Assembly (NCBI GenBank): GCA_001789205.1
Contig: MFYT01000006.1
Location: 10,770-74,769, forward strand
Direction of reading: 5' to 3'
DNA: 64,000 bases
DNA from: Candidatus Raymondbacteria bacterium RIFOXYA2_FULL_49_16
GTDB taxonomy: Bacteria > Fibrobacterota > OXYB2-FULL-49-7 > XYB2-FULL-49-35
Shown here: in pieces, positions 45,423 through 55,977 of the stretch
How positions within the stretch are numbered: position 1 is the first letter of the stretch
How the letters are laid out: each line of letters starts with the position of its first letter
Position numbers and translations under genes: made by a program
Notes under the pieces: model-generated
Told to the model about the DNA's origin: nothing
The model's database searches: none
What the model saw: only the letters and a program-made list of their open reading frames with translations

Positions 45423-46388
45423 ATGGCTGCAATACAGAAAATCACGGGAATTGTTAATCCCAGGAGTGCGAGCGGAAAAACCGCGCACCGGTTCAGAGAC
45501 TTGGTGGGTCTGTGCGACAAGCACCTTGGCCGGGCGGCGGACCGCATCAACTGGAAATTCACCATGAAAAAGGGCCATGCCGAGGAGCTTACCCGCATTG
45601 CCCTCGAAGAGGGCGCATCCATCATTCTTTCCGTGGGCGGCGACGGCACGCACAGCGAAGTGGTCAAAGGTTTTTTTTCCAAGACTGGCGCGGTCATACA
45701 TCCGGCGGCCAAACTTGCGGTCATTCCACAGGGAACAGGTGGCGACTTGTCACGCAGCCTGGGATTAACAAGCGGCGCAGAGGCGGGTGTCAAAGCGCTT
45801 GCGCAGGGAACGACGATCGCGGTTGACGCGGGTGCGCTTGAATACACCAGTCTTAACGGCGCAACCGCAAGAACCCATTTTATCAACATTACCTCCATGG
45901 GGGTAAGCGGTGTCATCACCAAACTCGCAAACAGCGGCCCAAAGTGGCTGGGCGGCAAAACCGTGTTCGCGCTTTCCACCGCACTGGCATTTCTGAAATA
46001 CAGGAACAGGCCGCTGAGCCTGAGCATTGACCATGGCCCGTTTGAAGAGCATGTTGTGGCGTCCCTTGCCGTTGCCAATGGCAGGTTTTTCGGCGGCGGC
46101 ATGAAGATTGCGCCCACGGCGCTTCTCAACGACGGACTTTTTGACGTTGTGTGCATCGGTGATTTCAATTTCTTTGGGTTTTTGCGCCATTCCCGGCATG
46201 TCTATGCAGGCGCCCATCTCTCTGAAAAAGGGTTCTGGTGCAGGCAGGCGCGTACCATCACGGTCAGATCAGACCACGAGATATTCCTCGATGTTGATGG
46301 TGAAAACCCGGGTACGCTTCCCGCGACCTGTACGGTGCTGCCCCGTGCCATTACCCTGTTCACGGGCCCTGGCGCCGCAATATCCTGA
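45423..46388 (+). CDS. YegS/BmrU-family lipid kinase (diacylglycerol kinase catalytic domain)
   Basis: NPRSASGK..., ILSVGGDGT and GTGGD motifs. 321 aa. Confidence 0.8.
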   Translation: MAAIQKITGIVNPRSASGKTAHRFRDLVGLCDKHLGRAADRINWKFTMKKGHAEELTRIALEEGASIILSVGGDGTHSEVVKGFFSKTGAVIHPAAKLAVIPQGTGGDLSRSLGLTSGAEAGVKALAQGTTIAVDAGALEYTSLNGATARTHFINITSMGVSGVITKLANSGPKWLGGKTVFALSTALAFLKYRNRPLSLSIDHGPFEEHVVASLAVANGRFFGGGMKIAPTALLNDGLFDVVCIGDFNFFGFLRHSRHVYAGAHLSEKGFWCRQARTITVRSDHEIFLDVDGENPGTLPATCTVLPRAITLFTGPGAAIS

Positions 46389-46453
46389 GAAACCCTTTTT
46401 CAGACTTGCTGCAACAGTATATATTACTATTGGTACAGCACAAGGAGTAACGC

Positions 46454-47716
46454 ATGGACGATCTTTCCCTGTTTCTCAGGTTTGTGGTGGCGCTTGCCAT
46501 CAGCGTTCTCATGGGTTTGCAGCGCGAATTCGCGTACGAGCAGCACGACCGCGAATTGCCCACGGGTGTTCGTACCTTTGCCCTCATGGGCCTTATTGGC
46601 TGCAGCACGGCCTTTATTTCCGACACGCTTTCGTCGCCATTGCCCTTTATTATCGCGCTGGGCGTTGTGGGCGCATTTCTAGCCGTCAATTATTATATCG
46701 AAGCAGCCCAGGGGCAGGTGGGACTCACCACAAAAATGGCCTCAATTTTCACCGTCATTATCGGCGGCATGGCCTACTGGAGCCAGATTGAGGTTCCCAT
46801 TGCCCTGGGAGTTGTCGCGACCTTTCTGCTCTCGGCAAAGATTGAGCTCCATTCATTTGTCCAGCACTTAAAGCGCGAAGATGTTGTGGCGGCACTTAAA
46901 TTCGCGGTCATTTCCGCGGTCATTCTCCCTGTTTTTCCAGATAGGTCCTTTGGCCCCGAGCCTTTTAATATTTTCAATCCCTTCAAGCTCTGGCTTTTTG
47001 TGGTTTTCATCTCAGGCATCAGTTTTATTGGATACGTGATGATCAAAATTGTCGGGTCTAAAAAGGGCATAGGCATTACCGGGTTTTTTGGAGGCATAGC
47101 ATCGAGCACAGCCGTTACCCTCAGTTTTACCCAGCGCAGTGTCGAGAACCAGGAATATTCCACCTCATTCGCTTTTGCCATTGTGCTTGCCTGGACCATT
47201 ATGTTCATACGGCTGCTCGCAGTGGTTGCTTTCCTGAATGTGAGCCTTGTGCCGCTGTTGGTTATGCCGGTGGTTGTTTCCGTGATCGTGGGGCTTTCCT
47301 ACTGCATCTATCTTTTCAAGTCTCAGAGTTATGGACAGCAGAAGGAGGATGTTGCGTTCACCAATCCTTTTGAAGTGGTGCCCGCGGTAAAATTTGTGCT
47401 TATTTTTATTGTCATTCTTCTTGTTTCAAAAGTCGCACAGCTCTATTGGGGCAACTTCGGCGTATATATATCAAGTTTCTTTGCCGGTTTGGCTGATGTG
47501 GACGCCATTGCCTTTTCCATGGCAAAGTTGAGCAAAGGGCCTGAAGGGCTCACCATTGCGATTGCGTCAAAAGCCATTGTTCTTGCCGCTGTGGCAAACA
47601 CTCTGGTAAAGGGTACAATTGTGTGTGTGAGTGGCGCGCCTGCTCTCAGAAAAGCGATTTTGCCAGGATTTATTCTTATCACTGTTGCGGCCACTGCGGT
47701 CATCTTCTTTATGTAG
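46454..47716 (+). CDS. MgtC/SapB family membrane protein with DUF4010 C-terminal domain
   Basis: N-terminal MgtC-like LGLQREF...GVRTFALMGLIGC, then about 8 more TM segments. Confidence 0.75.
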   Translation: MDDLSLFLRFVVALAISVLMGLQREFAYEQHDRELPTGVRTFALMGLIGCSTAFISDTLSSPLPFIIALGVVGAFLAVNYYIEAAQGQVGLTTKMASIFTVIIGGMAYWSQIEVPIALGVVATFLLSAKIELHSFVQHLKREDVVAALKFAVISAVILPVFPDRSFGPEPFNIFNPFKLWLFVVFISGISFIGYVMIKIVGSKKGIGITGFFGGIASSTAVTLSFTQRSVENQEYSTSFAFAIVLAWTIMFIRLLAVVAFLNVSLVPLLVMPVVVSVIVGLSYCIYLFKSQSYGQQKEDVAFTNPFEVVPAVKFVLIFIVILLVSKVAQLYWGNFGVYISSFFAGLADVDAIAFSMAKLSKGPEGLTIAIASKAIVLAAVANTLVKGTIVCVSGAPALRKAILPGFILITVAATAVIFFM

Positions 47717-47754
47717 ACAACTCCTGGCGAATTGACAATTTTTTCTTACAATCT

Positions 47755-48189
47755 TTATAAAAGTAACGCCTCCAAAGGCTCTCTTTCCTGCAATTCAAGC
47801 TCCCGCTCTCTCAGCTGCAAGGGTAGTGTTGCCTGAAGGGTGAAATTTCCCATGGCAAGTCCAAGGTCGTATAGCGCCCAGCGGTTGGGATCGCCGTTTT
47901 CCATGGTTGTTTTGACCACTGTTAAAACCAGCAAAGGCGCGCTACCTGCCCACGTTTTGTTCCGGTCAGTAAGGCAGGCGAAGAGTTGTGCATGGCGCGG
48001 GGCGTCTTTTTTTTGCGCATAGACAAACCGCCATGGCTGTTCGTTCATGGCAGACGCTGCCCAGCGCGCCGCTTCAAACAGGGAGAGGATGGTTTCCTTT
48101 TCAATGGCCTTGTCCGCAAAGGCGCGGGGGCTCCAGCGCTTGCTGATGAAGGCGTGGACAGGATGGCCAACAAATGGTACGGGTTTCAT
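47755..48189 (-). CDS. nitroreductase family protein, possibly C-terminally truncated
   Basis: Start MKPVPFVGHPVHAFISKRWSPRAFADK...AMNEQPWRFVYA. The product ends after ~144 aa with a low-complexity LPLQLRERELELQERE tail, where family members normally continue for another ~40-60 aa. Confidence 0.5.
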   Translation of the reverse strand: MKPVPFVGHPVHAFISKRWSPRAFADKAIEKETILSLFEAARWAASAMNEQPWRFVYAQKKDAPRHAQLFACLTDRNKTWAGSAPLLVLTVVKTTMENGDPNRWALYDLGLAMGNFTLQATLPLQLRERELELQEREPLEALLL

Positions 48190-48330
48190 ATGTGTCTCCA
48201 AAGCTCTGTAAGAGATCGTGAGTGACCGTTTTCCAGGAAGAATATAGCAGATGAAATGAGAATTTTCAAGACACTTATCCCTCACCGGCCGTTTTGATAT
48301 CCGCCTTTGGCGGACTATTCGACGCTCGGT

Positions 48331-50838
48331 CTACCTCCACTCATGCCTGGGATATCTCCGTGACAGCGTTTTCTTCAACTCCGGATAATGCTTTTCCCAA
48401 AATCCTGCCAGATCATTCGTGACCTGAACAGGTCTGTGGTTTGGCGCAAGTATCTCAAGCAGCACGGTTGCCCTGCCATTGGCGATTTTCGGTGACGCAT
48501 TCATGCCGTAAAAATCCTGGATTCGTGACCTGCCCTTAGGCTCCTGACCCACTGTATATGTAATAGGCATGCGCCTGCCATTGGGCAGTTGAATATGAGA
48601 CGGCGCCATGGAGTCAACAAAGTGTGATTTGCTCCCAAGAATTCTACGGATAACAGGTAACACTTCTTTTTCCCGCACAGCATTGTATCGCGTTTCCCCG
48701 GCACAGAGCTCTTTAATAATCAGTTTTTTATCATCATCGCCCATTTGCGGCAGGTTTTGTTCAGGGAAAATTGACGCAACCCAGCGAATGCGGTCAATAT
48801 ATGCCTGGGTTTCCTCGTCAAAGCCATTGAGAGCTAGATTTTTATCAACAATGTAATGTGCGAGAAATTCAGCCGCAGCTTCTGGATCAGGCTGGTCGTT
48901 TAGTTTGTCTTCAATGAGCACCCCAAGGCAGAAAGTTTTGGTGCGCTGTTCAACTGCTTTGCGCTCAGCATTATACGAAAAATTGGTTTGTGAGCGCCAG
49001 TTATCAGGAAAGAGTTCGAGTAACCAATCTTCCTCTATGCCGCAGCAGAGCGTTAAAATGGTTTTTGGCTGCTGGCCCCTGTTGCGTACTTCGCGTACTT
49101 CTGTTGCCACCAGGAATTGGGCGCCGCGCGCAGCGCTCTCGCGGGCAAGTTCGCCCCTGCGTCCGTCACGAAACTCGCATTGAAGCGTGCCCATGTCGCG
49201 GCGGCGGGCAAGCCGGTCAGGATAGGAGAGCAGCAGGGCCTTTGACAATGCGTGCGGATCTTCGGCATTATCGCGCGTGTGCATGCGCTGGTGGCGCAAC
49301 AGGTTCAGGAAATAAGCCTGTGTACGAAGGACCTGGCGTGCAGCGCCAGCATTGAGCCCAAGCCTGGTACATATGGTTATATCAAAATGGGATTGCTCAG
49401 CGCGATCTATCAGATACGCTAATGCGTTAAAATCAGATCCGTGTTCGCGCATGGCTGAACGGTCGGGCAGATCGGGTTTGCCTGTTAACACCTGCCGCTC
49501 GGTCAGAACAGCGGCTGCAAGCGCGCCCATTTTTGGTACCCCGCGTTTGACGGATTCAAGCAAAAGCCGTGACAGCCGGGGGTGGGCTGGCAGTTTTGCC
49601 ATTGCAGTGCCGTCGGCCGTGACTGAGCCATCGGCTTTGAGCGCGCCAAGCTCAACAAGCGTTTCAAACCCTGCCTTGAGCGCAATTTCAGGAGGCGGTT
49701 CAAACCAGGGGAATGTTGATACGTCATTGACCCCCATCATCTTTACGTTCAGCAGGGCTTCGCACAGATCAATGCGCGCCACTTCAGGCTGGGTGCGCGG
49801 GCTGCGTGTGTCATGATTTGCCTGGCTCCACAGGCGTATGCAGATGCCCGGTGCTTCGCGGCCAGCGCGTCCTGCGCGCTGTGCAGCAGATGCCTGGCTT
49901 ATGGTCTCAACATAGAGGGTGTTAAAGCCTCTGTTCGGGTCGTACCTGTTTATACGCGCAAGGCCGCTGTCCACAACATGGCGCACGCCAGGAATAGTAA
50001 GCGAGGTTTCGGCAATGTTTGTGGCAACAATGATTTTGCGGCGGTCCGTTGGTTCCATGACGCGCTGCTGCTGGTGTGGCGGCAGATCGCCGTACAAGGG
50101 AAAGAGTGTGCAGAGTTCGGGCAAATGTGCGTTGCGCACTGCTTCGACCGTGCGCCGTATTTCATAGGCGCCGGGCATAAAGATCAGAATGTCGCCTGTT
50201 TCTGTGTTCATAAGCTGACGAACCGCCGTTACCGCATTGTCCCATGGCGGTGATTCGCGGCCAACAGCAGAGTAGCGTATGTCAACAGGAAAGACGCGGC
50301 CCTCCGTATGCACGGTCACGCTGTTTTCAAGATAGGCTGCAAGAGGCCCTGGTTCGAGCGTGGCAGACATAACAATAATTTTGAGGTCAGGCCTGCGTTC
50401 AATTTGCAATTGGCGCGTCAAGGCCAGGCCAAGGTCTGTTGTCAGGCTTCGTTCGTGGAATTCATCAAAGATTATTGTTGAAACATTTTTTAATGAATGG
50501 TCATGCAAAAGTCTGCGAGGCAGAATGCCTTCGGTAATGAACAGCACGCGCGTGTCATCCGAAACTGCGCTTTCAAACCTGGTCTGGAAGCCTATTGCCT
50601 CGCCGAGTTTTACATTGCGCTCGGAGGCAACGCGCGCTGCAAGCATTCGCGCGGCAATTCTGCGCGGCTGCAGAACAAGGATTTGGCCCTGTGCTATATC
50701 GGAATCAAGAACAAACTGCGGCACCTGGGTCGATTTGCCGCTGCCGGTTGGCGCGTGGAGTATCAGGCGGTTTTTTTCGCGCAGGGCTGAAACAATCTGT
50801 TCTTTGACATCGTAGATGGGGAGCGTAGAAGGATTCAT
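48331..50838 (-). CDS. hrpB: ATP-dependent RNA helicase HrpB (DEAH-box)
   Basis: APTGSGKST, DEFHER, SAT and QRAGRAGR motifs with the HrpB-specific C-terminal domain. 835 aa. Confidence 0.9.
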   Translation of the reverse strand: MNPSTLPIYDVKEQIVSALREKNRLILHAPTGSGKSTQVPQFVLDSDIAQGQILVLQPRRIAARMLAARVASERNVKLGEAIGFQTRFESAVSDDTRVLFITEGILPRRLLHDHSLKNVSTIIFDEFHERSLTTDLGLALTRQLQIERRPDLKIIVMSATLEPGPLAAYLENSVTVHTEGRVFPVDIRYSAVGRESPPWDNAVTAVRQLMNTETGDILIFMPGAYEIRRTVEAVRNAHLPELCTLFPLYGDLPPHQQQRVMEPTDRRKIIVATNIAETSLTIPGVRHVVDSGLARINRYDPNRGFNTLYVETISQASAAQRAGRAGREAPGICIRLWSQANHDTRSPRTQPEVARIDLCEALLNVKMMGVNDVSTFPWFEPPPEIALKAGFETLVELGALKADGSVTADGTAMAKLPAHPRLSRLLLESVKRGVPKMGALAAAVLTERQVLTGKPDLPDRSAMREHGSDFNALAYLIDRAEQSHFDITICTRLGLNAGAARQVLRTQAYFLNLLRHQRMHTRDNAEDPHALSKALLLSYPDRLARRRDMGTLQCEFRDGRRGELARESAARGAQFLVATEVREVRNRGQQPKTILTLCCGIEEDWLLELFPDNWRSQTNFSYNAERKAVEQRTKTFCLGVLIEDKLNDQPDPEAAAEFLAHYIVDKNLALNGFDEETQAYIDRIRWVASIFPEQNLPQMGDDDKKLIIKELCAGETRYNAVREKEVLPVIRRILGSKSHFVDSMAPSHIQLPNGRRMPITYTVGQEPKGRSRIQDFYGMNASPKIANGRATVLLEILAPNHRPVQVTNDLAGFWEKHYPELKKTLSRRYPRHEWR

Positions 50839-50985
50839 GGGCGCATCTTTTCCGGCAGCACGGAGGCTGCCGGGTGATCAGTTATTTCTGTTTTTTTTTG
50901 GGCCAGGGACGGCCCATAAATCGAGACCGTCTTTGGTCTTATGATCAAGCGGCACCCTCCGCGTTGCCGCATTCATCAGGGGGGA

Positions 50986-52176
50986 TCAAATTACCCTGCA
51001 TATAATGCATTTTAAATACGCTGATTCAGGACACGAGGCAAGTACGGGATGGTCTGGGGGTTGGCCGCGCACTTCGAGTATCTGCACATTCCTGTTTTCG
51101 CGCGCAGCGGCATTGCTGATGACGCGAATGAGTTCCTGATCTGACACACGGCCAGAGCAGCTGCACGAGACAAAAATAGCGTTTTCAGCGCATATTTTAA
51201 GCGCCTGTGAATTCAGCTGTGTATAGCCTTTGAGCGCCTGGTCCACCCCGCGTGACGATTGGGCAAACCGGGGAGGGTCAAGCACAACGAGGCCGAAGCT
51301 TTCGTGGTCAGAAGCCATTTTATCAAGCATTTTAAAAGCATCGCTCCGGACCCAGGTAATATTCCGCAGGTTGTTCAGGGAGGCGTTTTGCCCGGCAAGG
51401 GCAAGCGCGTTCTCTGAGGAATCAATGGCTGTCACTTCAACGGCGCCGGCTTTTGCCAGATTTAGGGAAAAGCCGCCCGAATAACAGCAGATATCGAGAC
51501 AGCGTCTGCCCACCGCATAAGCGGCCGCGGCCTTCCGGTTGTCGCGCTGGTCAAGGTAATAGCCTGTTTTATGTCCAGTGTGCAGGTCCACAAGAAATGA
51601 AATATTGTTTTCGACAATGGTAACGGGGCCTTCGGGCATGTTTCCCCGGATCAGTTGGTCCTGTGCTTCAATACCTTCGAGTTCGCGCATGCCTTTTTCA
51701 GTGCGCAGATACACAACCGCTGGCTGCAGCAGAGTAACAAGCGAATCGACGATAAGGTCCTGTTGGAGGAAAAGACCCAGAGAAGTGAATTGAACCGCAA
51801 GAATGTCGCGATAGCGATCAACGACAAGACCGGAGAGCATGTCACCTTCGCTGAAGACGAGTCTGCACCCAGTTTCCTGACCCATGAGCCCAAGGCTTGA
51901 ACGCAGATGTATTGCACATGCGATTCGGTTGTGCCAGAAATCGTGTGTGAGTCTGACTTCTTGGTCCCACGAATAGAGGCGAACGCGGATCTGGCTGTTG
52001 GCATTGTACAGGCCATGGGCCACAAAAGCGCCGGTTCCGGAGATAACCGTGACTTCCGCGCCATTGGCAGGTTTGCCTTCTATACGGTCAACAGCGCCTG
52101 AGAAAAGCCATGGGTGGCGGCCAAACGCAGGGCCCTCACGTCCGGTCTTGAGATATACGCGCGGTAATTCAGCCAC
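50986..52176 (-). CDS. PUA-domain class I SAM-dependent rRNA methyltransferase (RlmI/RlmK-like)
   Basis: N-terminal PUA-like domain plus an LDICCYSGGFS motif I. Confidence 0.75.
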   Translation of the reverse strand: MAELPRVYLKTGREGPAFGRHPWLFSGAVDRIEGKPANGAEVTVISGTGAFVAHGLYNANSQIRVRLYSWDQEVRLTHDFWHNRIACAIHLRSSLGLMGQETGCRLVFSEGDMLSGLVVDRYRDILAVQFTSLGLFLQQDLIVDSLVTLLQPAVVYLRTEKGMRELEGIEAQDQLIRGNMPEGPVTIVENNISFLVDLHTGHKTGYYLDQRDNRKAAAAYAVGRRCLDICCYSGGFSLNLAKAGAVEVTAIDSSENALALAGQNASLNNLRNITWVRSDAFKMLDKMASDHESFGLVVLDPPRFAQSSRGVDQALKGYTQLNSQALKICAENAIFVSCSCSGRVSDQELIRVISNAAARENRNVQILEVRGQPPDHPVLASCPESAYLKCIICRVI

Positions 52177-52188
52177 AGCGTTGATTGT

Positions 52189-53358
52189 TTACGCGGCCTT
52201 TATAATACGGACTTTAATGACACCATTGATGGCTTCGAGTTTCCTCGTCACATTCTCGCCCACGTCGCCATCGATGTCCACGATGTTGTAGGCATAGTCG
52301 CCCCTGCTCTTATTGAGCATTTCAGCGATGTTCATTTTCGCATCGGCAAGGGCTGTGGTGAACTGGCCCACCATGTTGGGTATGTTTTTATTGATGATGG
52401 AAATGCGCGTTTTGCCCGAGCGTTCCAATTGGCAGGCCGGGAAGTTGACTGAATTGGTGACATTGCCATTTTCAAGAAAATCCCGTACCTGGTTTGCCAC
52501 CATGATTGCGCAGTTGTCCTCTGCCTCGGGTGTGGACGCGCCCAGGTGGGGGAAGCAGGTGACATTGGGGGCCTGGAGAATGGCTTCGTTGCCGAAATCA
52601 GAGACATAATGGGCGATTTTGCCCTCCTTGAGCGCGGCGATAAGCGCGGCTTCATCAACCAGCGCGTCGCGCGACAGATTCACAATGCGCACGCCTTTTT
52701 TCATGAGGCTGATTTTTTCGGCATTGATGAGGTGCTTGGTTTTATCAGACAGGGGCACGTGGACGGTGATATAGTCGGAATTGGCCACCAGCGCGTCGAG
52801 GCTGCGCGCTTTTTTCACATCGTGCGAAAGGCTCCAGGCCGCTTCGACCGAAATATAGGGGTCAAATCCTTCAACATCCATGCCCAAGGCCAGTGCGCTG
52901 TTGGCGACCATGACGCCTATGGCGCCAAGACCTATGACGCCCAGTTTTTTTCCCAGGAGCTCGGGACCCACGAATTGCGACTTGTCCTTTTCGATCATTT
53001 TGGAGATTTCAGCGCCTTTGCCCGCAAGGCCGCGTGCATAGGCCAGGGCGTCGGCAATGCGGCGCGAGCTGATGAGAAGCCCGAGGATTGCCAGTTCCTT
53101 GACCGCGTTTGCGTTTGCGCCGGGTGTATTAAAGACAACAATACCCTGTTCAGAACATGCATCAACAGGAATATTGTTGACGCCTGCGCCGGCCCGGCCA
53201 ATGGCCTTGAGCGTGGCAGGCATTTTGCCGTTCATTTTAAAGCTGCGTAGCAGAATGGCATCGGGATTGGCCAGTTCCAGGGCAGTTTCATAAGTTTCTT
53301 TGGGCAGTTTTGCAAGGCCCAGGGGAGAAATTTTGTTCAACATGCTTATTCTGAACAT
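52189..53358 (-). CDS. serA: D-3-phosphoglycerate dehydrogenase with C-terminal ACT domain
   Basis: GAIGLGAIG NAD-binding motif, a D-2-hydroxyacid dehydrogenase catalytic His/Glu/Arg pattern, and a C-terminal ACT (YNIVDIDGDVGENV). Confidence 0.8.
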   Translation of the reverse strand: MFRISMLNKISPLGLAKLPKETYETALELANPDAILLRSFKMNGKMPATLKAIGRAGAGVNNIPVDACSEQGIVVFNTPGANANAVKELAILGLLISSRRIADALAYARGLAGKGAEISKMIEKDKSQFVGPELLGKKLGVIGLGAIGVMVANSALALGMDVEGFDPYISVEAAWSLSHDVKKARSLDALVANSDYITVHVPLSDKTKHLINAEKISLMKKGVRIVNLSRDALVDEAALIAALKEGKIAHYVSDFGNEAILQAPNVTCFPHLGASTPEAEDNCAIMVANQVRDFLENGNVTNSVNFPACQLERSGKTRISIINKNIPNMVGQFTTALADAKMNIAEMLNKSRGDYAYNIVDIDGDVGENVTRKLEAINGVIKVRIIKAA

Positions 53359-53424
53359 GGCGCAGATCCTTTCGTAAAAACGTTTTATTTCCGGAATTTT
53401 TTTGGCAGAGTAATATAAAAAAAA

Positions 53425-54906
53425 TCAGTTTGATCGGACCAGTATCTTTTCGCGTACGGTCCTGAAAATGAGCCAGAAATAACTTGGCGCGAAAAAGAGA
53501 AAGGCGGGCAGAAGGGCAAGCTTTCCCGAGCTCATGATGAGTATGAACATGGTTATGAAGTAGGCCACAAAGAGAAAGACCAGGTAATGAAACGGCTTGA
53601 GAGCGCGTTCGCAGCTGATGGTGGCCCTCAGGTTATTGTTGAACTTTGGGGTGCGGATAAAGGAGGTCTTTTTTCCTCTGACCGCATCTATGACCGCGAG
53701 CAGGCCGTTGAGAGAGAGGCCGATGCTGAAGATGACCAGAAGAAGCGGGTAAAAGAAAGTCCTTGGAGTAAATCCCCTGACACCGGCTTCGGCGATAAAA
53801 TAGTAGAACCAGATCATGACGCAGTTGATGAAAATAAAGCTCAGGGTAAGGTACATATAGTGTATGTCGAGGTATTCCTTGGTTAGGAAGAGCACGGGTA
53901 TTGCGCAGAGCGTAATGAGAACCGAGAAAATATAGCCCATGCCCGAACCCAGGTTCAGGGTGGCGTCAACTTTGTTGCGGAGCGAGACCGGAGATTTCCA
54001 TATAACCGGTAACACTTTGACGAGTACTTCGCACATGCCTTTTACCCACCGGTATTGCTGGCCGTTGAAGGCGTCGAGGGTGGGAGGCAGTTCAGAATAG
54101 CACACTAGATCTTTAAGGAACACGAACTTCCATTTGTTCACCTGGGCACGGTACGAGAGGTCGAGGTCTTCGGTAAGCGTATCTCCCTGCCAGCCGCCTG
54201 ACTCGAGAATGGCCTTTTTTCTCCAGATGCCCGCTGTGCCGTTGAAATTGAAAAAAAGGCCGCTTCTATTGCGTGAGGTGTGTTCAATGATAAAATGGCC
54301 GTTCAGAAAGGTGGATTGGAGACGAGTGAGTAGGGAGTCGTTGGCGTTTATATATCCCCAGCGCGCCTGGATCATGCCGACCTTGGGATCCGTGAAAAAG
54401 TGGACGGTTTTGGTCAGGAAATTTTCAGGGACAATGAAATCTGAGTCAAAGATGGCGACATAGTCGCCCCGGGCTATTTTGAGGCCCTCGGCAAGTGCGC
54501 CAGCCTTGAAATCTTTTCGTATTTTTCTGCGGATGTGTTCAATATTGAACCCGTCGGACCTGTATTTTTCCACAAGACTGGCAGTAAGAGTCACTGTTTC
54601 ATCGGTTGAATCATCCAATACCTGAATTTCATACCTGTCTTTAGGGTAGGTAAGGGCAGTGGCAGAGCCAAGGAGTCTCTCAACAACATTAGCCTCGTTG
54701 TACAAGGGGAGTTGTATGGTAACAAAAGGCAGGTCGTTGAATTGGCTAAAAGGCACGGGGACATTTTTATTATAATAAACGTAGAAAAAGAGCAGTTTTA
54801 ATTTATAAATGATCAGCGCGGAAAGCGAACCGAGCAATGGAAAGTAGAGACCAAAGAGCAATATGGTGAAAAAGGGGGTTTCTTTCAATTCCATAGTGGG
54901 CGCCAT
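53425..54906 (-). CDS. family 2 glycosyltransferase, processive membrane synthase type (cellulose/chitin/hyaluronan synthase-like)
   Basis: Multiple TM segments with the D, DxD, ED and Q(Q)YRW motif set (VTIQLPLYNE, DSD, QQYRWVKG). Confidence 0.8.
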   Translation of the reverse strand: MAPTMELKETPFFTILLFGLYFPLLGSLSALIIYKLKLLFFYVYYNKNVPVPFSQFNDLPFVTIQLPLYNEANVVERLLGSATALTYPKDRYEIQVLDDSTDETVTLTASLVEKYRSDGFNIEHIRRKIRKDFKAGALAEGLKIARGDYVAIFDSDFIVPENFLTKTVHFFTDPKVGMIQARWGYINANDSLLTRLQSTFLNGHFIIEHTSRNRSGLFFNFNGTAGIWRKKAILESGGWQGDTLTEDLDLSYRAQVNKWKFVFLKDLVCYSELPPTLDAFNGQQYRWVKGMCEVLVKVLPVIWKSPVSLRNKVDATLNLGSGMGYIFSVLITLCAIPVLFLTKEYLDIHYMYLTLSFIFINCVMIWFYYFIAEAGVRGFTPRTFFYPLLLVIFSIGLSLNGLLAVIDAVRGKKTSFIRTPKFNNNLRATISCERALKPFHYLVFLFVAYFITMFILIMSSGKLALLPAFLFFAPSYFWLIFRTVREKILVRSN

Positions 54907-54998
54907 TTCCTTTTTTAAATTAACAAACGCCCATTAAAAGAACGTAATAATATCTTATTTTATTACAATACATTGCAAGTAATTAATTTAACCGGGCG

Positions 54999-55970
54999 TT
55001 AAACAGAATGGTGAATTCCAGCCTGATGAAGGCATTTTTCATCAGAATCTGTTTCAAGCTGGATAGTAGCATGATTTATACTGAAATTCTCATGTAAAAG
55101 AGCTCTGATTTTGCCCATAATACTGTTTCCTTCGGCCATGGGGATATTTGCTACGCGGACATGCAGTGTTGCAGCATAGAGATTTCCTGTTATTACCCAG
55201 ATATGAATATCGTGGATCTCCTTTATCTCCGGGACTTGTGAGAGCAGCGTCTCTTTTACGGCATGTATATCAATGTGTTTGGGTGTTGCCTCAAGGAGAA
55301 TATTGGCCGATTCCTTGAAAAGGCGCCACGCCCAGACAAGAATGAGGACACTGATCAGGAGTGAAAGCAGAGGGTCGATGAAGTAGAGCTTTTTATAATA
55401 GATGACAATACCGCCGGCTATGATAAGTACCGACGAGGCTGTATCGCTGATCACGTGCATGAAAGCGGACCTTATATTCATGTCTTTTTCAGAATCGGAT
55501 TTTAACAAAAAGACACTGACAATATTGGTTATAAGACCGATACAAGCAATGCCTACCATCTCTTTTTCCCTCACCGGAACAGGAGTGATGAGCAGCGCTA
55601 TTGCGTGGTAGACAATGAGCCCTGTGACGCAAAAAAGAAAGAGCGCATTGATGAATGTGGCGAGTACCTCGGCCCTGAAATAGCCGAAACTTCTGCGGTC
55701 ATCGAAACGCCGCGAAGCAAGGACAATGGCAAAGTAACTCATGCCAAGGGCAAAGATGTGGGTAAGCATATGGCCCGCGTCGCTTAGCAAGGCCAGGCTG
55801 TGCGTGTGCAGGCCGCCCGCGAATTCGAGGAGCATGACCAGGCCATTTACCAGCAGGGCAAGCAGGAGATGGCGTTTTTCCGAACTCTTGTAGGTGTGGT
55901 GATGGTGGTTGTGGGAGTGGTCGTGCATAAACAGCAGGAAGCTGCCGGGCAAGGCAGCCTCCTGCATCAT
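54999..55970 (-). CDS. cation diffusion facilitator family transporter
   Basis: His-rich N-terminus HDHSHNHHHH, six TM segments and HxxxD motifs. Confidence 0.85.
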   Translation of the reverse strand: MMQEAALPGSFLLFMHDHSHNHHHHTYKSSEKRHLLLALLVNGLVMLLEFAGGLHTHSLALLSDAGHMLTHIFALGMSYFAIVLASRRFDDRRSFGYFRAEVLATFINALFLFCVTGLIVYHAIALLITPVPVREKEMVGIACIGLITNIVSVFLLKSDSEKDMNIRSAFMHVISDTASSVLIIAGGIVIYYKKLYFIDPLLSLLISVLILVWAWRLFKESANILLEATPKHIDIHAVKETLLSQVPEIKEIHDIHIWVITGNLYAATLHVRVANIPMAEGNSIMGKIRALLHENFSINHATIQLETDSDEKCLHQAGIHHSV

Positions 55971-55977
55971 TTTAAGA

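Noticed and set aside
50856-50900. GC hairpin (ccggcagc..gctgccgg) followed by a T9 run on the plus strand between hrpB and the RlmI-like gene
   Set aside because: It looks like a rho-independent terminator, but only for a plus-strand transcript. Both flanking genes are on the minus strand, where the hairpin is followed by A-runs. No plus-strand gene is available to terminate.
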